The notes under the pieces are model-generated. The model saw only the letters and a list, made by a program, of their open reading frames with translations. It ran no database searches and was not told the origin of the DNA. From NCBI GenBank assembly GCA_000002445.1, contig CP000066.1, positions 768,001-832,000 of the forward strand: 64,000 bases of DNA, written 5' to 3'. Below are positions 10,755-21,954 of this stretch, in pieces. Positions within the stretch are counted from its first letter, which is position 1. Each line of letters starts with the position of its first letter. This DNA is from Trypanosoma brucei. Its lineage: Eukaryota. Made by a program: the position numbers and the translations under genes.

Positions 10755-13700
10755 TTATTCATCACACGCTTGTCGTAGCCACGCTGGCACGTTTGTCGTT
10801 TCAAACAACATAACCCTTTCCCCTTCACATTCGTCATGCAAAAGTCTGAGGGTGAGCGCAGCGACATGTAATCCCTCCTCTGCAGCGGCTTCATCCGTTT
10901 CTACTCCACAGATTCCCCACCCCTCAGCGGAGACGCTCTCCTTTAAACGGTATAATGATCCAGCCATCAACCCATCCGTGTCGGAGCTGCAAGTTGCCTC
11001 AACAGTCACAGACACCTCTGGGAGCGAGGCTGCCACAACTTCCATCTTGTATGATGTATAGAAGGTTGTGGACAAGAGGGGAATTGATGAAGGTCCCAAC
11101 GGGCACACGCGAAGAAAAATCCTCATCTCCAGCCGCACCGCTTTGGTGGGAATAGAGGATGAAAGGAGCAAAATAAGGCCGGAAGATGACGAGGAAAGAA
11201 GATACGCGAGTGTGTGCATTGGTCCCACGCGGGCCCGCTGTGCAACGGCCCGCGCATACGCATGCGTTGATGTCCCTGAAGGCTTATCCGCAACCGCCAG
11301 CATGCGAGGCAATACCGCCACGAGTGTGTTACACTCCTGTAAAGAACCCTGGGGCATCACAGAACGCAGTGCGAAGGTTTTTGAATTCTCCCTGTTCAAC
11401 TTCTTAGGGACACAACTGGGGTGAAGCCTGAAGTATGACTGAACAAATGCCTTCATCCCACCGTGACGGGCACTTTCAAAGGCAGCCAAGGCATCCTTTG
11501 TCCACTTGACGCGTATCTTGGCGGGACTCGAAGAAGGAAGTGGGGACATCAGTATCCGGTAGATGACATATCTGTTACTCAATGGTTTATCGTCTGGTGG
11601 GAGACGTCCATCAATTAAAAATCGCGTCAGGGAGAGGTACTCCGTCGCTATTTCATGGCTTTCATGTTTCTCCAGAGCATCGCATAGGCTACCCATGATG
11701 CCGTGCGCCTCAGCCGCTAGAAGACAAAGCCGCAACAGCCCCGCGGATCCCCATACGCAGTCTGGAAGTACGCTAAAGAATGTACCTGGTAATGAGCCCA
11801 ATGATGTACGCTGTGCTGCCCGAAGCAATGAAACACAAGAACTAAAATCAACATCCCCCTCAGCGCCTTGAAGAACACACTGAAGAGCATGATGCCAGTG
11901 CCCACCCTCAGCAAATCCCTGCAAAATGAACCGCCGCGACTTGAGTGAAGATGTGCCAAGCCCCAACGGCGCGCCCTCAGTGGAAGCGCACATGACTGCA
12001 TCGGGGGTGCGAGCGCAACGTAACGTTCTGAGAAACTTCTCCGGAACCTCACCATAGGTTTGAGCAACAGTCAACGCAGCCTCCCATGGGGACGATGGCG
12101 GCATCCCGCAGATAACAGAACAAAACAAACGGTGTATCGGTGGAAGCGCAATGGATGCAAACGATGTATAAAAGGCGAGTGCCTCCTTCCAACGCTTCGC
12201 ATCACGCAAGGCATAAATAGTTTGGAGACACGCATCCTGAAGAAACATATCCTCAGCTGTCGTGCGTGGAGGATCGCATGCAGCAATCATATCGACAACA
12301 TCAAGCGCACGCCACCACTGACCCGACCGGCGTGTAGCCTGCCCCAATGCAGAGGCTGTCATGAGCGAGGCGGTTTCATCCTCCCTGTGACTTTCTCGAA
12401 GGAGTTGAAAAAAGACTGAGTTCTTGCCTGCATCACTCAATAGGCGAAGAGCCGTTGGCAGTGTTTCCCGCCAATTTATATCACCACGCCCGATCGACTC
12501 ACTCATGGACCGTAACGCAGTCTCCCACACCAAACTGCGATCAGCCAAAAGCACATCACCGCACTCGTTTTGAAAAGCCAAGGCCTCTTCAGGGCTCCGA
12601 TGAAACAAAACCTGCCGAGAAGCGAAGTAAGCCTCTTCTCCGCCTATGTTCCACAGCACCCGCAATACAGCAGAGCAGTTGCGGGAGGAACCGCCAATTT
12701 TAGCGAGCGCCTCATGGCTCAAAGATGTGCCGCAGCATGCAACAATGTCCGACTGTGTACGAGAATCAACATCAGACATAAGCGACAGCATGTTTCCGAG
12801 ACTCGAGCTAAGCTTAAACAGGCGATACCTGTCGTCCACATCCTCACGATGTTTCACCTCAGTGAAAAGCTGCCGCAACAATTTAGTGTTTCCCTCAGCG
12901 CGGCACCTCTCACCCATACGAAGGATAGATGCAGGTGATACCTTTTTAAATGCCTCTACGGGAACTCCCTCATCCGTTCTAAAAATGAAAGGCCGCAGTC
13001 TATCGGAGACAAGAGGATCAAATGTCCGTCGGATAAAATCTCTTGCATCGATGTTGCCGCAGTGCGCTACATACCAATCCAGAGCGTAAAGAAAAACCCT
13101 ATATTCACGTGCAGTTTCCAATGCTTCTCCACCTCTCATAACACGTAATGCATTCTCCGCATGCATCTTGACACACTCGACCATATCTGGTCGGAAGCTC
13201 GCACCAACAAATGAAGAAGAAAGTACATAAACTATGCATAGCCGCAAAATATATTGTGTGTCTTCCCTCAACACAGACATGGCCCGCTTCTCCCGTAGCC
13301 ACTGAACATTCGATGCAAATGCCAGGACGCGCTTATGTTTATCCCCGTAATAAAGAACTGTAGCCAATAAAGCCGCACTGCGAATGTCCTCCCCCTCATC
13401 AATGTTGCCACAAATGGCAAGTGCCTTATGCCAAAATGACTGACAGTACGGCATCCGGCGCTCGTGCGGTAATGAAAGTGCATTGTTGAGTACCTCCAAC
13501 GCATGTATTGCTGAGCGACGACGGAAACCACTATGTGGGGCTGCGTAGAGTTGTGCCGACAACTCCTTAAGTGCCTTTGACCAGGCTGGCAACTGCGAAG
13601 TGAATAAAGATGAGTTGTTACTAACCTCCAGTTTTAATGGAGGCGATGGCGATAGAGGCACGGTTTCATTCATTGGTTCCATGTGTCTGCCATAAAGCTG

Positions 13701-13814
13701 AAAGAAAACATGTGAATCCGTTGCGATGTGGCAACACCGAGGGCCAATAAGTCGGCTCCCCGTAAATCGCCGCATTACTGCCGGCGCCATGTGTATTACT
13801 AGAGGCATACGCAT
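10755..13814 (-). CDS. Large conserved hypothetical alpha-helical protein; possible mitochondrial helical-repeat (PPR-like) protein
   Basis: The track ORF 10755..14291 begins in low-complexity intergenic sequence. The first plausible ATG is at 13814 (MRMPLVIHMAPAVMRRFTGSRL), an Arg-rich N-terminus with no acidic residues that resembles a mitochondrial presequence. The body is helical with Leu/Ala-rich repeats. I recognise no catalytic motif. Confidence 0.45.
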   Translation of the reverse strand: MRMPLVIHMAPAVMRRFTGSRLIGPRCCHIATDSHVFFQLYGRHMEPMNETVPLSPSPPLKLEVSNNSSLFTSQLPAWSKALKELSAQLYAAPHSGFRRRSAIHALEVLNNALSLPHERRMPYCQSFWHKALAICGNIDEGEDIRSAALLATVLYYGDKHKRVLAFASNVQWLREKRAMSVLREDTQYILRLCIVYVLSSSFVGASFRPDMVECVKMHAENALRVMRGGEALETAREYRVFLYALDWYVAHCGNIDARDFIRRTFDPLVSDRLRPFIFRTDEGVPVEAFKKVSPASILRMGERCRAEGNTKLLRQLFTEVKHREDVDDRYRLFKLSSSLGNMLSLMSDVDSRTQSDIVACCGTSLSHEALAKIGGSSRNCSAVLRVLWNIGGEEAYFASRQVLFHRSPEEALAFQNECGDVLLADRSLVWETALRSMSESIGRGDINWRETLPTALRLLSDAGKNSVFFQLLRESHREDETASLMTASALGQATRRSGQWWRALDVVDMIAACDPPRTTAEDMFLQDACLQTIYALRDAKRWKEALAFYTSFASIALPPIHRLFCSVICGMPPSSPWEAALTVAQTYGEVPEKFLRTLRCARTPDAVMCASTEGAPLGLGTSSLKSRRFILQGFAEGGHWHHALQCVLQGAEGDVDFSSCVSLLRAAQRTSLGSLPGTFFSVLPDCVWGSAGLLRLCLLAAEAHGIMGSLCDALEKHESHEIATEYLSLTRFLIDGRLPPDDKPLSNRYVIYRILMSPLPSSSPAKIRVKWTKDALAAFESARHGGMKAFVQSYFRLHPSCVPKKLNRENSKTFALRSVMPQGSLQECNTLVAVLPRMLAVADKPSGTSTHAYARAVAQRARVGPMHTLAYLLSSSSSGLILLLSSSIPTKAVRLEMRIFLRVCPLGPSSIPLLSTTFYTSYKMEVVAASLPEVSVTVEATCSSDTDGLMAGSLYRLKESVSAEGWGICGVETDEAAAEEGLHVAALTLRLLHDECEGERVMLFETTNVPAWLRQACDE

Positions 13815-14540
13815 ATTTGAAAGGAATGAAAAAGGGGAATAAAAAATCATAAAGTGACGGCGACAAATGAGATGAGTGAATGTGAGGAATAAAAATAAAA
13901 AGGAGGGGAGCCAAGCCGCCGTGATATGGCGGAGAATCGAAGTGGATGATGTCAGCAACAAAAGCAAAGGAAAAAAAGAAAAAGAGAGAAAGAAGAAAAG
14001 CGACGGATAGCAACAAACAAAACGAAAAAAAAAATGAGCAGCCAAATGAAGAACATATGAGCGAGAAGAGTTGGAAAAAAAAAAAGAAAGAAGGTAAATG
14101 ACAGCGGATGACGGTGTGTAAAGGAATTTAAAAAAATTGGGGGAGGTAAGCGCACAAAACGAGTAACTGAGCAGTATTACTCGGTAATGTTCATTGCTAA
14201 AACGAAAGTAAAAAAATATATGGTTTAAAAATAAACAACAAATAGTCTTAAAACTGGGGGAACAAGAGAAAATAGCTGTGTAGACGTACACAAAGTGGGG
14301 AATGTAATTGCGTCCCTTTTCTGTTTACCGCTCTTTTTCCCTCCTGTCGGTGTCTGTTTTTATTTTTATTTTCTCTTCTCTTTCTTTCTCCCCAATCACT
14401 CTCTTGCACGCGAACTCGTATCCATTTCATCCTTACATTACTTTTTATCTTTCCTCTCCCCTTTGAATTCTTGTTTCCCCTCATCCCTCTCGTTTCATTT
14501 CACTCCTGCGTGCCAGTTCCAGACACCTCCGTTATTTTCA

Positions 14541-15010
14541 CTATCATCATTATTGGTGTTATTGTTATTATTATTACTAATGCTTTTCATTACTATCATT
14601 ATTATTATTATTATAGTTATTATTTTCATAACCGCTAATACAATTACGACAACTACCACCACTTTAACTGGCAACAACAGGAGATGAAATATCTTCCCAT
14701 TCCTCCTCCCCATTCCCTCAACTGACGGAAGAAACGCGATGTGACGTAACAACAACCAATCAAAAATAAAACAAAATAAAATGAAACGAAACGAAATGAA
14801 ATGAAATGAAATGGAATGGAATCAGCAGTGATAGTGACGATTATAATTATGATGATGAAAATAAAAATTACTATTACCATTACTACTAGTATTAGTAATA
14901 GTACAGTTACTTTCGTCTATATATGTTGTTACCTGTTTAGTGATATCATTATGTTACCATTATTATCATTATTATTATTATTATTAATATTCGCTATTAC
15001 CATCACCGTT
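14541..15010. repeat. AT-rich satellite-like tract: (ATT/ATTATT)n, (GAAAT/GAAAC)n around 14783-14822, (TTA)n
   Basis: tcattattattattattatagttattattttcat, gaaacgaaacgaaatgaaatgaaatgaaatggaatggaatc and tattattatcattattattattattattaatatt, within a 2.5 kb ORF-free interval. Confidence 0.9.
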
Positions 15011-16856
15011 AGCTTTTACCAAATCATCTTTTATTATTTTTTCCGATTTGTTTTGATACACATTATTTTTTCTTTTTTTTTTATTTTGCTGTTGTTATTG
15101 TTGGTGGTGGTGTTTCTTTTTTTTTCTTTTTTTTTTCCCTCCCCCAATTGTTTTTTAACTTCCCTTCCCCTTCACCCGCTATTTTGTATATATAAACGTA
15201 TGATTAAATATATATACATATATACATACATAAATATATGCATTATTCGTATATAAAGTCATACATACATTTTCATGTATTTTTTATATTCAAATGTATG
15301 CACACAAGTAAAAAAGAGGGAAAAGAGAGGGGACTGAAAAGAATGAAAAAGAAAAAGAAAAAGAATGAAAAAGACCCACGTGTAGGTTATACAAGCACAT
15401 AAGTGTATAAAAACTTTTTTTTTGTTAAGACACGAAAAATAATTTTAAAAGAAAAATAAAAAGAAGGGAAAGCAAATATTTTTTTTTTAAACAAGAAGGA
15501 GGAGCAGCGAGGGGCACAATAAACGATAATAAAAATAATAATAATGTGCCCGCCCTGCGCGTCTTGATGGAGAAGGGGATGAGGAGCAAATAATGATAAT
15601 AATAATAATAATATGAAAGATGGAACTAAACGGTAGAAGCATTTTTAAAAACAAAAACAAAAAAACAAAAAAACAAAAAAAAGGGGGGTTACCACATTGC
15701 TCCAATGCGCACAAGTCATTTCCTTTTCCGCCTCTATTTGCTGCTTTCAAAAAAAAAAAAAGGAAAAAAAGGGAAAAAATGAAAAAAAAAAGGAAAAAAG
15801 AAAAAGTATTTTTGTATTTATATATAAACATAAGAAAGTTTGTTGGTGAACAAAACAAAAACAAAAAAGGTAAAAAAGAAAAAAAGAAAAAGCGAAGGTA
15901 AAGTCAAGCAAAGAAAAAAAAAATCCTAACAGTCGCAGACCGCGTGCTGTGAAACTGAAGAAAAAAAAATTGCCCTGCAAGTAGAGGTGAAACTCAAAGG
16001 AAAAAAAAAAAAGTACAAACGCGCGCGAGAAAGGGAAAAAGATGCGCCCATGTACGACTTTATTGCATTCCGTTTCTGATGCTGCCGCTGATGTTGTTGC
16101 TGTTATTTGATATTAAATCACTTTCTTTCCCTTCTCCGTCCCTAATTATTTGTTCATCCCTCTTTTCTTTTTTTTTATATTTCATCATCTCATGTAGGAT
16201 TTGTTCCTTTATTTATGATTTACCTCTCATTCACACCCTTCCCCCTTCTACTTTCCCACCCCTTTCCCACGAAGAAATACGTGTATATATTTATATATAT
16301 TTATATATATATATATGTTTATATTTACACACGCGCGCAAAACTTTCTCTCTACATTTCTGTCTTTCTTTCTAACAAAAAAAAAAAAGAAATCTTTTTCT
16401 TTATTATCTGTAATGCCTTTTTCTTTTTCACCCTCACGCGTGTGTTGCGGCGCTTACATTTTTCCCCATCCTTCCATCCTTCTTTTTCTTTCCTTCCTTA
16501 AGAAGCATACAATCAGTTATACAACAGATTCACACTACTGCACAAGTGTTTGCCAGAGCACTTTCTGTTTTATTTTATGTTGTTACTAACCTCCAATGAA
16601 GTCTCCCCTTCCCTTCCTCCTTCCAAGCATGCAGAATAATAATAATAATAATGAAAATATCGCGTGTACATATATTTAATTATATATGCCATCATCTTTT
16701 ACTCGCTTTCCCCTACACTCACTGCGGCTCCATTGCTGCCGAAGCATATGTGTTGTGTTTGAAAAGGAGAATTTCACTGATATTATTAACACCCTCATCC
16801 GTAGTACCAGTTAGTGTTCCTTTCGTTTCAAGTGACTTCGTGAGTCCAGCACTAAA

Positions 16857-17771
16857 CTAAAACGGATCCGCTGAGGTTATGGCGTGTCCTTTAGCCATCA
16901 TAGCGGAGCCATCCCCTACGGGGCGCTCAAGTGTTGTTGTTGGAACTGTTGTTGTTGGAACTTGCCATACCGCGCGGTGAAGCCCAGCCCTTGGAGACAC
17001 CACACCCTTTTCTTGAGTGTTTGTGTAACAACGGGTTGGATGGACACCATACGGAATGAAAGGCGTTCCCTCGGGTAGTTGCGCTCCCCGTGCGATTGAA
17101 ATGCCGCCACTCGGTTGATCGAAAGCCTCCACCTGAGGTGCTGCTTGGAGGTTCTGTTGTGAAACCACACCTGCAGTTGGAGCTGTGGATGCCGAACCCC
17201 TGGCAGGAGTGGCTTGTGGCACGCGATAAGGCCCTTGAGAAGTTACGGGTTGGATGATTTGGCCATCAGGCGACATTTGTACAACATGTGTTGAATAATA
17301 TGGGCCCTGAGGCTGGGGATACACTCTTTGCGCCGGCTGAGGCACCTGAAGTGCCGTTTGTTGAAAGTATGGCATTTGCATATACACCATGCGCCCGTTT
17401 TGTGGTGTAAGCATGACAGTCTGAGTCGGCACATGTCCGTGACCAGGTGAGGAAGTCATTCCAACTGTTTGATACGCCGGTGGGTTCACGTAATATGCCG
17501 CTCCACCTGCAGGTGTCATTTGAATAGTTTGCATTGGCGAGGGCGGGGCGGCAGCGGCTTGAATTCCACTCCTCGTTGCCTCCACTGGTGCCGGTGCGGT
17601 TTCATCCCTAATGGTAAAGGAACCGGCAGATGCTCGGAGTGGAGACAGTGGCGGAGCCGGTACTTTCATATTGGGGTCATCCGTTCCAAATACAGTTCGT
17701 TTGCCGTCTGTCGTGGGACAGAGGTGCCAACAGCTCGAAGATTGTAGCATACGAACAAAATCAAAATCCAT
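16857..17771 (-). CDS. Pro/Gln-rich low-complexity protein, hypothetical
   Basis: 304 aa with a true ATG at 17771 (MDFDFVRML). The protein is P/Q/T-rich with repeated YxQ/PQ motifs. No domain recognised. Flanked downstream by an unusual 2.5 kb ORF-free repeat region. Confidence 0.5.
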   Translation of the reverse strand: MDFDFVRMLQSSSCWHLCPTTDGKRTVFGTDDPNMKVPAPPLSPLRASAGSFTIRDETAPAPVEATRSGIQAAAAPPSPMQTIQMTPAGGAAYYVNPPAYQTVGMTSSPGHGHVPTQTVMLTPQNGRMVYMQMPYFQQTALQVPQPAQRVYPQPQGPYYSTHVVQMSPDGQIIQPVTSQGPYRVPQATPARGSASTAPTAGVVSQQNLQAAPQVEAFDQPSGGISIARGAQLPEGTPFIPYGVHPTRCYTNTQEKGVVSPRAGLHRAVWQVPTTTVPTTTLERPVGDGSAMMAKGHAITSADPF

Positions 17772-17850
17772 CCTCTACTGCAACGCTAGCTACTGTGAAT
17801 TTACCCCTGCTCTGTAGTCTAAAGAATTGAAGGAAACGAAGAAATGTACA

Positions 17851-17893
<43 letters not shown>

Positions 17894-18742
17894 ATGTGTG
17901 TGTTTGCTTGTTTGTATGTTTACCACATATGCATAAGTGGTAGCCACGAGTATACACGCGTTAATTACCGTTATTTGTATGTTCATCACCACACGCACAA
18001 AGACAGAGAGGAATTCTCTAGCAGTGATGGGGGAAAGGATACAGCAAAGAAAATGTACAAAAGTTGCGTCATCTCGGTTGATCATTGCCTGCAATGGTGG
18101 GCATGTATCGCATGGTAAATAAAAAGACACGAATGAACTTAAAAAGAAAAAAGGAAAATACACGACAAAGAAAGAACATTTTTATTACGACCCTAGATAG
18201 AAGTAAAGTAAGGGAGAAAAAGAAAAGGAAATCGCCAACTAAAACAATAATAACGCATAAAACCTCCTGTATGGCCCTTTATTCGTAAGGGGGATAAGAA
18301 GAGTGGGAACTACATTAAAATCGGATGTAGTTTTTACATTTCAAAAGTGGTGCACCTTCCATAACTTTTTCCTCTCTCTTTTCCCCATCAGTGGAAACAT
18401 CCGGAAATTGGCTTCTTCGTGACCTCATGGTATTGATCTGATCGTTTTGTTAAAAGTGAAAAAAAAACAAAACAAAAAAAGAAGTGAATCACAATCACTG
18501 CTGCCCAGAAACTCATTCAATCACCTCACCAAACAATACGGAGAGCAGTGATGAGAAGAAAAAATGTTGCCACCTGGGGCATATACAAACAAATTTGTTT
18601 TGCGCTTACACTACGCCTCCTCTTCCGTGCAAAGGAAGAAGAAAAACGAAGACTAAAACGTGAAAAATAGGAAAAAAAAAGGAAATCGTCAAGAAAAACA
18701 CCAATACTACTCGGAGAAATAAATATGTAATCACGATAACAG

Positions 18743-18778
<36 letters not shown>

Positions 18779-19224
18779 TGTCCTATATATCACAATCGCC
18801 ACAATTACAACAAATGTAAAACCAGAGAGACACACCCTTCGCCGCGCTGTATACTTTCTGTGTATGCTTGATAATTCGGATCCGAAGAGGGAAATATGCT
18901 GAATCTACAAAAGAAGAAGGGGAAAAAACACAGATGGGGGTGTTGGTCCCATGAACCTTCACATTTCCCTTTTTTTATCGCTTCTCTCATCTTTCTTCTC
19001 ATCAACGTCTTTCCATCTAAAATAAAAAAAACCCATATTTTTGACCCTCCTGGTGGGTCACCCAGTTTCTTTTCGTTTCCTTAACAGTTTGGCGTTGCTG
19101 ATGAAACTGGTGTTGCGATGGGAAATGCGGAAGACAAATACCCACAACACACAAAGAAACGCACCCACGCACGCACTCACACACATGCGATAGAGATCAG
19201 AAGTAAAAGAAAAAAACTACGATT

Positions 19225-21954
19225 TCAAGGACCCACCGACGCATTTGCAGCTGCCACCCTAAGTTGCAAAACAGCCGCATCAGCATGCCCCTGAAGGATT
19301 TCATTACTGCGTGCAGCGCTACCGGACCGCAGCTGCTGCCGCCGCTGTCGCAGCAACTCGGCAGCCTCGGTGATCATCGCCTCACGCTCAGCAAGCGTGG
19401 AGCGCAGTCGTCGGTGCTTTTCTTCGTGATCATGATTGAGTCCGCCACCTACACGCATCGCCCTCACATGCAGCAGAAGGTCATCCATTTCAGAATACTT
19501 CCGTACAAGTCGGTCATCCCCATCCCACCGACTAGGAGATGTTGAAGAGTTCAATGCACGGCGAATGGGAGTACTTAACGCATTATCCCTCTGGGGTATC
19601 ATCGCGTCTCGCTCACTTGACCTGAATGGAGGTGGTTTTTCAATCCTAATCTCAGGCACCGAAGCTACACATCTTGACGGAGCTATTTGGTGCTGATCAA
19701 ATCTATCAATACGTCCACCCTTCTCAGCAGGACACGCACTGTGGCTGTAACCTACTTTCCCAGAAGAAGGTGCCGACGAATAGTCATGCTGTGTTGGGGC
19801 GTCAAGAAACCTCGGTGTATATTCTAATCCTGCAACTCCATTTACCCGTTCTTTGGTACCCGTTGACCCCGTGCAACGCCCCAACTCCAAACGAAATGGT
19901 CTATCCTTCCCGTGCAAGTGATCCACCCGTCCCTCACTCATGGCTCGCGGTTCCTCTAACGCCCCTGATAACACGTCTCGCCCTTCCACCGATGTGTTTA
20001 TCGGACTTACGTAGCGGTGGTCATCGACTCCATGATAACGACGTAGCAAGTTATGTGTCTCACCTATTTGTTGCCTCTCCCTGCTTTCCCCATGGTTGGA
20101 AACGACTGAGGTGGAAAGAACGGGTGGGTTTGCCATCGCGGCATACTTCGACCGCAGGGCCCGGAGGTTCCGTGAAGGCTCCACAATACCTGGAAACAGC
20201 TGCTGAACCTGATTAAAGAGCGGGATAACAACAGAATCTAGAAACGCAATTTGCGACCGCCCAACGGATGTCGGGAGATCGAAACCGGGAGTAACGGGAA
20301 GACCGCGGCGGCGCTCCTCCTGTGCTTGCGCGGCGTGTTCCTCCGTGAGCACAAGCCATTTTGCTGCGATGTCTGCACCACGACTAATCACACCAAAGTC
20401 GGCTGCCAGAAGAAGGAGAGAGAGGGCATCTACCCTATCGTCAGGAGCACCGTAGTCGAAGCCGCCCTCTCGTGCTTTTGCTCGCCAGTGCTCTAAATGG
20501 TCCTCCAACACTGCGGTGTCTGTTCGGCAAATGAGTTTTGACACGATAGTCTTGAACCTTAGGAATGACTCATCATTCATACGACAGGTGAAATTGAGCT
20601 CTGGCACCTCCACTAGCTGAAAAGCAGTGGCCACATGCATTTGTTCAAGGGTACCAGGGCCGGGGTAACGATAGCACAGCGGGTCGCACGTCCGCACCAA
20701 AAACTCATTCGTACGCCCCGGGTGCCGGACGTCAAGTGCAACCGCTGCAAAAACAAGGGCTTTCAACTCCACAAGCGTCACGTGTCTCATGAGTGGCTTT
20801 GTGGCGGAGGCAAGCGAGAAAACAGCCTGCACCACATCCGCCGCGCGCACTGCGTTATGGAAAGGATTTGGTCTGTAATTATTTTCTATAGCTGCCACCA
20901 TGTGGCACCACCTTTGCATCTCTTCCTCTGAGGCAAACATCTTCCACCGCGTGACAACCTCGGCCGCTACCGTCTGCAGTGCAGAAGGTACAAGTGAGGC
21001 GACCTCTAGAGTATCAAACCCCCAGTCACTGAAATCGATGCCTTCACACAATGCAACCTGCAGTTTTGTTGGGACAACGGTCAGTATCGTGGCATGTACT
21101 ATAGACGGATGAGAATAACGTGCCGACATCGGGGCCGAAGATGACGAACGGACCATCTCGAGAGATTTTTGCTCTTGCCTAGGTTGTACAACCTCCCCCG
21201 CGCCATCCGTGCCGCCCCTCTGTGGGTTTTGAGCAGCCTGCTCCTTAATCTGGGTTTGCGTGGCAATTTGGTGCACCTTTCGCTGCGCACCTTCTGCATG
21301 CCCTTGAAATTCTTGCAGTTTACTGCTCAGAGCGCTGTTTTCCCTTTTGAGTCTGCTTATCTCATCTTGGAGTTTGCCAACTACTCGACCTCCCTCATTT
21401 GTTTTTTCTGCTTGCCCAACAAACGGCACGGACGGTGCCTTCTCCTCCCGCACGGTATCGACGGTGGATTCCTGCTTGCGCACGGAGGCATTGCGCTGCT
21501 GAAGTACCCTTGGGCTAGGTAACGGTGCTTTTCGCTCTAAATTAACCTTTTCCGTCGCATTCATTCGCATCTTAGCGTCTGGAACCCTCAAATGTGCATC
21601 CACAACCACGCGATCAGATGATGTATCTGAGGGCGGTTGCACCTTTGTCGCGGTACGGATGCGTGATAGTTTTGACGACACGTTTGGAACGGCGTAAAGC
21701 GGAAGCACATTCAACGCGGTACTGTCCCTGTCGCTACGTAGCATAAGGAAACAGCTCACACAGACTTGGAAAGGCCTGTCTCCGGAAAAAATGACACATT
21801 CCGTCTGCACACACTGGGAGCAGCACAACTTGGAGCAGCACGGACACACAGTCTTCGGTGTAGATGATGTAAATACTTTTCCACACGTGGGACAGTCGTA
21901 GTCCTTCTGCGAAAATCTTCCACAGGGGGAGTGCGAACCGTCGTAGCACACCAT
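19225..21954 (-). CDS. PDEC: FYVE-variant cyclic-nucleotide phosphodiesterase-like protein (PDEC-type architecture) with degenerate metal-binding residues
   Basis: First ATG at 21954 (MVCYDGSH...). The N-terminal Cys cluster CPTCGKVF...CPCCSKLCCSQCV...QVCVSCF forms a zinc finger of FYVE-variant type. Coiled-coil segments follow. The PDEase_I catalytic region aligns to PDE4: FHNAVRAADV (YHNxxHAADV), LDVRHPGRTNEFLV (HDVDHPGVSNQFLI), AADFGVISRG (CADLSNPTKP) and SQIAFLDSVVIPLF (SQVGFIDYIVHPLW). Confidence 0.7.
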   Translation of the reverse strand: MVCYDGSHSPCGRFSQKDYDCPTCGKVFTSSTPKTVCPCCSKLCCSQCVQTECVIFSGDRPFQVCVSCFLMLRSDRDSTALNVLPLYAVPNVSSKLSRIRTATKVQPPSDTSSDRVVVDAHLRVPDAKMRMNATEKVNLERKAPLPSPRVLQQRNASVRKQESTVDTVREEKAPSVPFVGQAEKTNEGGRVVGKLQDEISRLKRENSALSSKLQEFQGHAEGAQRKVHQIATQTQIKEQAAQNPQRGGTDGAGEVVQPRQEQKSLEMVRSSSSAPMSARYSHPSIVHATILTVVPTKLQVALCEGIDFSDWGFDTLEVASLVPSALQTVAAEVVTRWKMFASEEEMQRWCHMVAAIENNYRPNPFHNAVRAADVVQAVFSLASATKPLMRHVTLVELKALVFAAVALDVRHPGRTNEFLVRTCDPLCYRYPGPGTLEQMHVATAFQLVEVPELNFTCRMNDESFLRFKTIVSKLICRTDTAVLEDHLEHWRAKAREGGFDYGAPDDRVDALSLLLLAADFGVISRGADIAAKWLVLTEEHAAQAQEERRRGLPVTPGFDLPTSVGRSQIAFLDSVVIPLFNQVQQLFPGIVEPSRNLRALRSKYAAMANPPVLSTSVVSNHGESRERQQIGETHNLLRRYHGVDDHRYVSPINTSVEGRDVLSGALEEPRAMSEGRVDHLHGKDRPFRLELGRCTGSTGTKERVNGVAGLEYTPRFLDAPTQHDYSSAPSSGKVGYSHSACPAEKGGRIDRFDQHQIAPSRCVASVPEIRIEKPPPFRSSERDAMIPQRDNALSTPIRRALNSSTSPSRWDGDDRLVRKYSEMDDLLLHVRAMRVGGGLNHDHEEKHRRLRSTLAEREAMITEAAELLRQRRQQLRSGSAARSNEILQGHADAAVLQLRVAAANASVGP

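Noticed and set aside
10755-14291. N-terminal extensions in the ORF track (10755..14291 first 159 aa, 6600..7847 first 46 aa, 59057..60253 first 48 aa, among others).
   Set aside because: Most track starts are TTG/GTG codons, or in this last case a real ATG lying upstream of the polypyrimidine/AG trans-splice signal. The extensions are low-complexity translations of pyrimidine tracts. The CDS were re-set to the first ATG downstream of the splice signals.
14295-15256. The ORFs 14295..14687 (+), 14816..15256 (+) and 14495..14755 (-), encoding poly-I/L/F/N peptides.
   Set aside because: They translate ATT/TTA/GAAAT microsatellites and poly-pyrimidine tracts. They have no start context and no complexity.
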